64,000 nucleotides of DNA from Octopus vulgaris (lineage: Eukaryota). The notes under the pieces were generated by a model. That model was not told the origin of the DNA. It saw only the letters and a program-made list of their open reading frames with translations, and did not search any database. Of this stretch, positions 53,458 to 64,000 are shown piece after piece. The stretch spans positions 32,860,001 to 32,924,000 of the forward strand of contig OX597828.1 of assembly GCA_951406725.2 (NCBI GenBank), in the 5' to 3' direction. Position 1 is the stretch's first letter, and each line of letters begins with the position of its first letter. The translations under genes were made by a program, and so were the position numbers.

Positions 53458-54420
53458 ACGGAAATATCAAAAGAGTATTTCAGGCACATAATACTTTATG
53501 AGTACATAAAAAGGAACCTCTGCAGCCGAAGCGAATCGAAGCGTGCACTAAGTTTATGGGAAAGAATGCTTGAATGAAAGAACTTGCAGAAGATTGTTTG
53601 CAAAATTCAGAAGCGGAGATTTCAGCCTTGAAGATGAAGATCAAAGATGACGACCAGTTGCGTTTGATGGTAAGCTCTTTGAGGCAATACTTGAAGAAAA
53701 TCCTGCATTACCAGTTGAAGGATTGGCAACAAAGCTTTCTTCAAACCATACAACTGCGCTTCTTCATCTTCAACAACTTCGAAAGATTCCTTAACTTGGA
53801 AAATGGCTGCCTCGTGAATTGTCCGAAAGCAACCGTAAATCCCGAGTTCACATCTGCTCTTCTCTCCATTCTTGCGAAATTATTTAACCCTCTTTGGATA
53901 GTCTTGTGACTGGTGAAGAAAAATGGATCTTCTACCGAAATGTTAAACGTCGTAAACAGTGGCTTGGTAAAAGGGAAAAAGCTCTAACACAACCGAGGAG
54001 GGAACTTCATGGGAAAAACTTTCGTTTCTCTATCTGGTGCAAATGCAAGGGAGTAATTCACTGCAACAATCAATGCTCAAGTCTACTGTCAGCAATTAGA
54101 AAGTTTGAACCAAGCTTTGAAGAAAGAAAGAGCCGCTTTAGTGAATCGAAAAAGAGTGACGTTTCATCAGGACAATGCGCGAAGAGCTTGGTTGGGAAAA
54201 AAATTCCTCAGCCACTTTTTTCTCCCGATCTTGCTCCTTCAGACTAGCATTTGTTTCATAGTTTGGGGGACGTATCTTTCGCAAACCAGGAAGTGGTCGA
54301 AACTGACATTTCAGTGTTCTTCGCTTTGAAACCAAAAGAGTTTTACATTAATGGGATTAAAAAGCTTGTAAATAGATGGAAGGAAGTCATAGAAATTCAG
54401 GGAAATTACATTGATGATTA
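53458..54420 (+). pseudogene. Mariner (DD34D) transposase pseudogene
   Basis: FRHIILYEY...RRLFAKFRSGDFSLED...LGKWLPREL (WVPHEL box), LVTGEEKW, FHQDNAR, FSPDLAPSD*HLFHSL (YSPDL box), FYINGIKKLVNRWKEVIEIQGNYIDD. Several stops, frameshifts and deletions, and the start codon is mutated to ACG. Confidence 0.95.
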
Positions 54421-54461
54421 CATTTCAATTAAATATAACAATTGTTGATGAATTGTTTTCT

Positions 54462-54501
54462 TTATTCAAAATTCGGACAGAACTTATGGGATGACCTGAT
54501 A
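54462..54501. mobile_element. Right terminal inverted repeat of the mariner copy
   Basis: ...CGGACAGAACTTATGGGATGACCTGA|TA, a mariner-type end with TA. No matching left TIR found. Confidence 0.65.
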
Positions 54502-54949
54502 AGTTATTCCAACGTGAATAGAAAGAAATACGCTGTTTGAAATGATAGAACGCTCAATCACCTAATTCTACTGCTTCCATAGTTTGAGTTTCATGTGAAC
54601 ATCTTCTTTGCTTATTATACTTTTCAGTATTAATATGCTCAAAATTGAACGAAATAAGAGTATTTTTAACACTGTTGCGTAACTCGAAACATTTTTCTTT
54701 TTCAGATTTTGCCAGTGCAACATCGCTAATAAAATCCTTTATCACACTGCCTTTTCCCTCTCGGCTGTCAGTTGAATGCAGCAACTCCAAGTGTGGAACT
54801 ACAAAGTTTTTATCTACTTTTTATGAAGGGAATATAAAGTCAACTTAGTAAGTGTGAAGTCTCAACTATCTCAACTATCTAAATGACGTATTTACGTTTT
54901 TGGATATATATGCACGTGATATATGTGCATATACATACACAGACACACA

Positions 54950-54981
<32 letters not shown>

Positions 54982-54982
54982 T

Positions 54983-55051
<69 letters not shown>

Positions 55052-55180
55052 AGTATATGTATATATATAGATAGATAGATATATGACGTATACACACATA
55101 TATACATATACATAAGTATCTCTCACTCTCTCTCTCGCTCTGTATATATATAAATATAAATATATATATATTCATATATA

Positions 55181-55237
<57 letters not shown>

Positions 55238-55289
55238 ATGTATATATGTATGTATGTATATATATATATATATATTCATATATATATTC

Positions 55290-55323
<34 letters not shown>

Positions 55324-55324
55324 G

Positions 55325-55396
<72 letters not shown>

Positions 55397-56274
55397 AGTA
55401 TGCATATGTTGCATCTCTTTCAATGTGTGGGTGAGTACAACTAAGTGTGTTTCTACGTATGCATGTACCTGCGCGTGCTTGTGTATGTACGCATGTAGAT
55501 GTGTGATTGAGTTTGCGTATCTAAGAGTGGAAGTAAGTTTATGCTTCACTCTGCTTCGCTATATGCGTAGATGCGAATGTATTTGTTTGCTTGTATGTAT
55601 GGGAGTATGTCTAAGAAATCTTCTTCACATCGGGAGTGTACACGTAATAAGTGCTTAAACTGACACCGATCAATTACTCGGTGAGAATATAGAGATCCCA
55701 TCGTAAAACGAACATCATCCGACTATAATGACTAGCAACGCGTGACATCTATGTCTCTCCCTAGAGTAAGAAATATACTTTCTCTATCACATTTTCTAGA
55801 ATAGCAGTTTTGAGAAAGATGATATCAGAGTCGTTATAATCAGATTTCAATAATGGTAGAGGTGGTTATATAGCAACCCAGTTCAAGTTTCTAGTAGTAT
55901 GTTTCCATGGCAAATATATTAGTTACCAACAGTTCATAACATCCAAATGAAAATATTAGTTCTGAGATTGTTGTGGCTGTTGTTACTACTTAGCAATAGA
56001 TCAATGTTTATGAAACAGTTCTATTGTTACGGTTGTTGTTCTCTTTTGCATGTAGTCAGTTCTTATTTGAAATGGTATATGTTTTCCACACAACCTATTG
56101 TGATCTGCTATCTTTTCCTTTCCATATTTAAGAAATTGTTTATCTATTTTTACACGACCTAAATCGTCTGTCAACATTTTAAAACAGTATGGTGTTATTT
56201 CAGAGAAATATCGGTGTTATAATCCCGAGCCTCGGTGGAGTTTTCTGCTCAACGCTAGCGGCTGGAGTAACATG

Positions 56275-56313
<39 letters not shown>

Positions 56314-56489
56314 TGTGTGAGTGAGCATGTTGTATATATATATAGATGTTTATGCGTGTGAAGGTATACATGAGTACAATATTATATTTAGAGAGAGAGA
56401 GAGGGGGAGAGATATACACACACATATATGTATGTATGTGTGAGTATGGGCATTACTATACAACACAGGAATAGTTCATATTTATTTAT

Positions 56490-56820
56490 TTATATTTTAT
56501 TCTTAAATATTTTCGTCGATCGAAATGATCCCAGCTCATTTGTAGGCGTGGTACTTATTCTACCGGTGTCGTTGACCGAACCACAATCTTTCGAGAACAT
56601 AAATGCATCGACACCGGTTGTCAAGTTGGTGGGTGGGGAGGGGACAAGCACAGACACAAATGCATACACACATAGGACGGGTTTCTTTCAGTTCCCATCT
56701 ACCAAATCCGTTCACAAGGATTTGGTTGACCCGGTGCTATGGTAGGAAACGCTGGCCCAAGGTGTCACGCAGTGGGACTGAACCCGATACTATGTAGGTT
56801 GTTGGAAGGCCTGCGCCCAT
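56490..56820 (-). mobile_element. Old SINE family B
   Basis: TTTCTTTCAGTTCCCATCTACCAAATCC...CACGCAGTGGGACTGAACCC plus a 3'-module remnant. Confidence 0.75.
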
Positions 56821-57349
56821 AGTCCATAGTCACTTTAGTGACGGCTTTATGTCTGTCTTTCGGTTGTAAATTTGCGAATAAGCCACGTTTAATAATTACA
56901 ATTTTCACTTTTACCATTTATGAAATCAGAGTGTGATTTCTACCATAAACATAAAAACTGACAGGATGAGTTGAGTTTAACCCTGGGCGCCGGGTCAAAG
57001 TCATTGATAAGCATAAATATAAATTCGAAATCATCGTGATCTGGCTATTCCTGGATACTGTAGGGAGCTTGCCTGCCTCATCAGTCATTAGGATAAGTGT
57101 TTTCTTGTGGCTATAAGTTGTTTTCACTCTTATTTCCAGCAATGTTGGTGCTGTAGTGGACCTTCGTTACTTTACTGACGTCTACAGTTCTGCCTTTCAA
57201 TTGTAAATGTGCGAAGAAGTCTCCCTTATACTGGTGCACAGCTATGAAGGGTTTTTATTCGAATAAATCGGCCTCCAGGACATATATTATAAGCCTAGTA
57301 CCGCTAAGTTACGGGGATGTAAGCACACCAACACCAGTTTATGTTTCCT

Positions 57350-57516
57350 TATAGACACAGGCGTGGCTGTGTGGTAAGATATTTGTTTCCAACCCACATC
57401 GTACAGGGTTCAGACCCACTGTGTGGCACCTCAGGAAAGTGTCTTTTACTATCACCTTGGGCCGTCGAAATCCCTGTGACTGGAATTCGTAGACGGAAAC
57501 TGAAAGAAATCCGTCG

Positions 57517-57547
<31 letters not shown>

Positions 57548-57750
57548 TTGTCTGTTCTTGTACCCCACCAACGCTTGACAACCGACGTTGGTGTGTTTAC
57601 GTCCCCATAACTTAACGATTCGACAAAGGAGGCCGATAAAATAGTACCAGAGTCAAAAAGAATAAGACTTGCGGTCGATTTTTTTACTAAAATGCGGTGC
57701 TCCAGCATGGCAGCAGTCAAACGACCGAAACAGATAAAAGAATAAAAGAA
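57350..57750 (+). mobile_element. SINE family B
   Basis: Head, internal (AT)n and 3' module are all recognisable. Confidence 0.88.
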
Positions 57751-57819
57751 TATATATGCGTGTGTGTGTGAGTGTGTGTGTGTGTATGTGTGTAGGTATG
57801 TGTGTGTGTGTGTGTGTGT

Positions 57820-58430
57820 TTTCTTTCATTCTTTTACTTGCTTCTGTCCTTTGACTGCGGCCATGCTGCTGCACTGTCTTGAAGGGTTTCAGTGGAACAA
57901 ATCGACCCTAGAACATATTTTTTAAGCTTAGTACCGCTATGTTACAGGGACGTAAACACACCAACACTTTTTTTCTTTTTCCTTATTTGTAATGCTGTTC
58001 GTTTCCAATTTTCACAGAAGGCACACGGCCATCAATTGGGGTGGGGTGTAAATTGATTACAGGGTTCAACTGGTTGTTATTTTGTCGACCATGCGAGGAC
58101 GAAATATATAGTCTACCTCGACGTTAGAACGTAAATATTGACGAAATGCCGCTGAACATGTTACCCGACGAGCTAACGATTCCGGGAGTTCACCGCCATC
58201 ACAGGCAATTTTAATCTGATTTCAACGTTTGATACAAGGCCAGCAATTTCGAACAGGAAATAACTCGATTACATCGACTCAAATGTTCAACTGGGACTTA
58301 TTTTATGGACGCCAAGAGAATGAAAAGCAAAGTCGACCTCGGCGGAATTTGAACACAGAACGTAAAGACGGACGAAATGCCGCTACGCATTTTGGCCGAC
58401 GTGCAAACGATTCAGCTAGGACACCACCTT
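57820..58430 (-). mobile_element. Cluster of old minus-strand SINEs: B 3' fragment (57820-57965) and two A copies (58010-58200, 58225-58430)
   Basis: GACTGCGGCCATGCTG; AAAGTCGACCTCGGCGGAATTTGAAC.CAGAACGTAAAGACGGACGAAATGCCGCTA. Confidence 0.75.
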
Positions 58431-58799
58431 CACTGGCAATGTTAATATTAAGAAGTGGTTTGTAGCAGTTGCAGTAGTAGAGTCTTCAATGTCATTGGTA
58501 AGAGTAATAGTGATTCTACCCGTCTCATATTTAGAAGAAAACACTAACATTAGAAGCAGCTGAAGCAGGAATTGTAGATGTGGAAAAGCTAAGTGTTGGT
58601 TGATTTTTATCGACACGGGTTTATGTTCCCTGAATCCTATTTCGCTGCATTCTGGTTTTCTTTTCTTTCTTTCTTTTTTTTACGCGCAGAGACAAGCTTC
58701 GTTCGGAGGAGAATTCACATTGCTGTATGAATTTGTCTCAGTATTTTCAATATGTTATTCATGTTAAAGTTATTCTTCTTTTGAAAAGTTGCTTTCATT

Positions 58800-59630
58800 T
58801 TCGACGGACCCCCGATTATTTTGACAGATTTTAACCAATACCACTGTTGGATCTTTTGCATAAATTAAAGTTGATTCTTTTGTTATTGTTTTATGTTTCG
58901 CTTGTGTTCATATTTTTACCATTGTTTTGCGTTGTTTTTATTTTTTTCTGTGGTATTTTTTTAATATCTTAAGAAAACGTTGGTTCGTCAGTGATATATA
59001 TTTCTGTGTTGGTATGTTTTGAAGCATAATACTGTAGATTTAATTTATCAAGTATTGTGGGTAGAAATGTATAGTTTTTTCCATGGTTTATCTTAGTGTC
59101 TGGACAATTTTCTTTACTCGTTTTATTCCATAAGTAATTAAGAGTGGTGAATAATTTCAGTGAGGAAGCGTATATTCAACTTATTCAAGTTGTATTTCAC
59201 GGATGTTTTCATCGTATACAATTGAGCAGATATTTTTGGCGAGGTTATAAGGGACATTTACTTTTGTGCATCTCAGACGATACGAATTGAAAAGATTTGG
59301 AGTCCGTAGGTTCATAGTAAATGTTAGTCTATATTTAATTATTGACGTTATTTGGATACCTAAAAATGGAAGTTAATCTTAGCTACATTCTCACGGAACT
59401 GTATAGCATTGTTAATTTCATTGAGTAATATTTTGAATTCGTGTAGTTTCTCTAAGACTTCGTTTCATAGAATGAAGCAATTGTCGAGATACTTTTTCAT
59501 TTATTATGAATATATTTAAAGAAATAGTTGTCATACTTTCGTAGTAATTTCTCGTACATCGTAATCTCGTGGATGCGTAAAAAGTTACCGAAGCGTTGTG
59601 TTTCACATGTTGGAACTGCTAACATATTTT
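58800..59630 (-). mobile_element. Penelope-like element reverse transcriptase fossil
   Basis: KYLDNCFIL*NEVLEKLHEFKILLNEINNAIQF...LPFLGIQI...TNIYYEPTDSK...KVNVPYNLAKNICSIV...NYSPLLITYGIKRV. This matches the PLE RT RYLDDCFI.W / IQFT / LPFLD / TDIY.KPTD pattern. Confidence 0.85.
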
Positions 59631-59745
59631 TTTATGCCAAAGGAGACTAGAGACTAGAGTTACATTTCAAGTTGGTGATACAGTTGTACTCTTTGTCGGT
59701 GAGTTATATATATATATATATATATATATGAGTTATATATATATA

Positions 59746-59924
59746 TAGGGAGAATTTACGAAAAAAAACAAAAGTCGAAGACAGGTGGTACTAAACAAAC
59801 AGATGTATTAGTATAACACTCAGGAATAGAGAAAGTCGTTTACGTTTCGAGCCTAAGCCCTTCTACAGAAAAGGACACAGAAAAAACAAGGAGAGAAAAA
59901 AATGTGTGTAGTGACTAACGATCG

Positions 59925-59927
<3 letters not shown>
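59746..59927 (-). mobile_element. Penelope-like terminal repeat with variant minimal hammerhead
   Basis: Minus strand UUUU-CUGUAGA-A-GGGC(UUAG)GCUC-GAAAC-GU-A-AAC at 59835-59876. Flanked by (TA)n. Confidence 0.65.
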
Positions 59928-59996
<69 letters not shown>

Positions 59997-60394
59997 AAGC
60001 AAATAGTAAATGGAGAAACATTGCTGAACAAACACTGATATACGTGAATTATTATATATTAATTCAATACAAATAGACTGCATCTCATCTAACAGCAGTT
60101 TCTACTACTAATATTGTATAGTATTTGTGATTGATATGCTAAAAATATTTATCATATTTAGTAATAAAACCGGGGGGTTCATCAGAGAGAAGAATAAATA
60201 TAGAATAAATATAGAGGAGCATAGAGAAGAAGGGAAAAGTTGAATATGGTTTTAATCATATCATTGTGTATCTCTTTGAGACACTAGTATCTCTTGGGGG
60301 CATTAAGTAAATGACTAAGCCAAAAATAGCAATTGGTTTATTAATCCTTCGTACGAGGTGGAGGACAGGATGGATAAATAATGTTTTCTCATTA

Positions 60395-60457
<63 letters not shown>

Positions 60458-60714
60458 TTAATGTATATATGTATATATGTTTATATGTATATATGTATTT
60501 ATATATGTTTTTATGTTTTTAGCATTATCCTGATGGAAGAACACCTTTCGTCTTGAAACCAAAGATGGTCATTTTTCTTCTAGCGCTGACTTACACCACT
60601 GAAGCTGCTCGCAGTAGATCTCCTTTGTTATCGTTTGGTTTAAGTCTAAATGTTCAAAGTGGATTAAACCTATCACATCCCATCAATTAGATAACAACAT
60701 ATTAGGTCGTGGAA

Positions 60715-61124
60715 GACCTTCTTTAGCCCTTGGGGCTCGTATCTCGTATTTATCTTTTTTCTATATCACTGTCTTAGGCGCTAGACATTTTTATAGAGAA
60801 TCCATTTCCCGTTGCCAGTCACTTTTAAGTTCGAAAAATATTCATTCGTGTGATGTGACAGTAAAGATTAGACTCACGATTAGACTCGTTAAGTTTGTGA
60901 GGAAGTCACGGGCCCAATCTGCTGAAATTTCCGATGACACACAAGTGCCGATGAATGGTTGAATAACCAAATCCAAAATTCTCTGCTAGCTCATCAACAG
61001 TTGCGATGAGATTCTGTTCTACCAGGGTTTGCAGAATATCCTACCTCTAGCTCTGCAAATCTTGCAGGACGTGGCTCGTCTTCAAAGCTATAGTTCCCGG
61101 CTCGGAATTTCTGGAACCACCGTC
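60715..61124 (-). pseudogene. Second mariner transposase fragment (HTH to first catalytic D)
   Basis: RWFQKFRAGNYSFEDEPRPAR...LVEQNLIATVDELAENFGFGYSTIHRHL...LGP*LPHKLNESNR...VTGNGKWILY. Confidence 0.88.
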
Positions 61125-61218
61125 ATTCGAAGGCTAAAACAATGCGAACGCATTGTGACCAGCGATGTGTAACTATATCTGATGGACTGGTCGGTCACAT
61201 GATGATGATGATGATGAT

Positions 61219-61220
<2 letters not shown>
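61125..61220 (+). mobile_element. 5'-truncated SINE/LINE tail with (GAT)n end, abutting the mariner fragment
   Basis: Matches the reverse complement of 10455-10535. Confidence 0.8.
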
Positions 61221-61283
<63 letters not shown>

Positions 61284-61490
61284 ACTCTGTGTGTCTATGT
61301 TAAGCATATATACGTACATCTGCTTCAGAAGGCACAAGCTATCGTAGTTCGTCTATAAAAAAAATTAATTCCTTGAGGTTTTTCGATAAATAATTAGCAA
61401 TTTGTTAACGCTACGCTCAATAACATATCTGGCAAAGAAAATACGGTGGATAAATTTGAAATACATTTACATAAAGAATATATATATACA

Positions 61491-61655
61491 TAGGCGCAGG
61501 AGTGACTGTGTGGTAAGTAGCTTGTTTACCAACCACATGGTTCCGGGTTCAGTCCCACTGCGTGGCACTTTGGGCAAGTGTCTTCTACTATAGCCTCGGG
61601 CCGACCAAAGCCTTGAGAGTGGATTTGGTAGACGGAAACTGAAAGAAGCCCGTCG

Positions 61656-61711
<56 letters not shown>

Positions 61712-61870
61712 TATGTCTGTGTTTGTCCCCCTAGCATTGCTTGACAACTGATGCTGGTGTGTTAAAATCCCCGTCACTTAGCGGGGTCGATTTGCACAAT
61801 TAAAGGCGGTGCTCCAGCATGACCGCAGTCAACCGACTGAAACAAGTAAGAGAGTAAAAGAGTAAAGAGT
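61491..61870 (+). mobile_element. SINE family B with internal deletion in the 3' module
   Basis: Head near-identical to 12765. The 3' module jumps from CTTAGCGG to GGTCGATTTG. Confidence 0.92.
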
Positions 61871-62689
61871 ATATAAAATACACACACGCAGGGGCACATC
61901 TTATGTATATGCACACACAAACACACATGTACATATCTATACCGTGTGTTGTGTGGGTGTGTATGAGCTAGTGCAGTTATATACAATGACTGGCTACGTA
62001 AAATATATGTACATTTTCTTAAGTAAAAATATACGCCTCTATGCAATATTCCCAAAGTAATGCTGACACATCACTTTTTGCCTACTTGTGTGATTTCGCT
62101 TACGTTTTTATATATATATATATATTTTCAGTGAGTTTTATTGCAGTATTTTTGCTTTGTTGAGGTATTTTTTGCTCTTTTACTTTAATATTACGAGAAT
62201 TTTTCACCTCGTTGAAGCTACGCAACTAACTCCTCCACAGCTGTGAGTAAGCCAATTGTGATGTACAAGCAGTACAACCCATCTTTACATCTCATAAGAA
62301 AATTCGTGTAGTTTTATTTATTTGACGTTACTTGCCAAATCTCACTTTCTTCCTAAGTAAATATATCTGGGCAAAAACTTCTGCCTATCAGACTGTGGTC
62401 GAATGATTTGAATTTCGTTTAGTAAATCAACCGCAAGTATTTGCTTTTCATTTCTTTTTTTTTTTTCGTTAGCAGTGTCTCGTTGATTTTCTTTCGTTTT
62501 ATTTCGCATTTCTCTGTTTTTGTTAGAGTTTTTTTTCTTGTAGTTTTAGTTTTAGTGCAAATCTATTGTAGATATAATGTCAAATACACTTTGTAATTAT
62601 TAGGTATATAAACAAAAACCAAGCAACTCTTTGCAGTGCACCCGTTTGCGTATGAGTGTGAGCGTCTGTCTAACTAGACACACACCCAC

Positions 62690-62793
<104 letters not shown>

Positions 62794-62983
62794 AAGGGTA
62801 CCTACGCATAGATGCATATATATAATATATATAGATACAAACATGCATATATATATATATACATGCAAGTTCATTGTATACAAATGGCAGCGGAATTCTG
62901 TTCTCCTTTCTCTCTTTCTGTCTCTATCTTTTTCCACCCTCACTATCCGCAGATGTGCGTTTGTGTGTGTTAGAGTGTATGTA

Positions 62984-63047
<64 letters not shown>

Positions 63048-63050
63048 TAA

Positions 63051-63087
<37 letters not shown>

Positions 63088-63232
63088 TGTGCGTGTGTGT
63101 TTGTGGTGAAATATATGTATGTATTTAGTAGATTTAAATCTGTCTTTCACTCCCCCGTTGTGTGAGGTTATGCAGTGTGCATATGTATATACATATGTAT
63201 GTGCATCTCTTTGTGTGTATATATTTTACATA

Positions 63233-63339
<107 letters not shown>

Positions 63340-63836
63340 CCTACGTACATACATGCATACATACATATATAGACATATCCACACACATGCATTTATATAT
63401 ATATATACTACACATACTTATACAGATACAGTTATATATATGCATGAGAATACATATACAAAAGCACATACAAATAAACTCTGAGTGAAATCGTGTGTTG
63501 CTGTGTGTAGGTGTGTGTTGTTGTTGTGTGTTGTTGTGCAAGGCTCTAAGCAATCTCTTTGTGTTTGTTATTGTAATTATTTTGTATTTGTTTCTTCGTG
63601 TATATTATTAATCGTGCTTTCTCTCAAATAAAACTATACAAGCTTTTTAACTGTCAATTTTTGACAGATTAAGATTACCTTCTGTACAGAGTGTCTATTT
63701 ATTATGTTTCCGTAATGTAAAATGTCTTAAATCTGTAGCAAAATTGACGAACATAAATAAAATAAGAGCAATATTTTACAATTTTATTAAAACCGCATAT
63801 CTGCTTGTATGTGCGTCCGCATATATATATATATGC

Positions 63837-63916
<80 letters not shown>

Positions 63917-64000
63917 ATATATGTGTGTGTGGATATATACACACAAACACACACACATATACGTATGTGTCATATTATATGCATTTATATTTTGCGTGTA

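Noticed and set aside
53574-54448. SETMAR-like host gene
   Set aside because: There is no SET domain. Multiple stops and frameshifts and a TIR indicate a dead mariner.
55750-62560. Possible additional Penelope fossils at about 55750-56230 and 62120-62560 (also 27280-27600, 54554-54850)
   Set aside because: Only scattered motif resemblance. A profile search is needed.

Overview
This is a eukaryotic, AT-rich, extremely microsatellite-dense window. The SINE families and repeat spectrum look like an octopus/cephalopod genome (inference). No host protein-coding exon can be supported, and almost every entry in the ORF track is a translated simple repeat. The window is a layered graveyard of mobile DNA. 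It holds four tRNA-like SINE head types that share or swap modules, and at least five fossil R4/Dong-clade (restriction-like endonuclease) non-LTR elements. It also holds a young ~560-bp non-coding element found only inside (TAA)n tracts, Penelope-like RT/GIY-YIG fossils with several hammerhead-ribozyme-like motifs, RTE, L1/Tx1 and CR1/L2-type LINE fragments, two mariner transposase pseudogenes and MITEs. The most notable observations are: (1) an apparent (TAA)n-targeting retroposon community with a possible non-autonomous partner; (2) a type I hammerhead candidate with an intact core at 44600-44657; (3) a strong minus-strand bias of LINE fossils; (4) a 193-bp near-perfect palindrome; (5) an exact 189-bp dispersed duplication. 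Family assignments come from manual translation and motif recall, not database searches, and the boundaries of old fossils are approximate.
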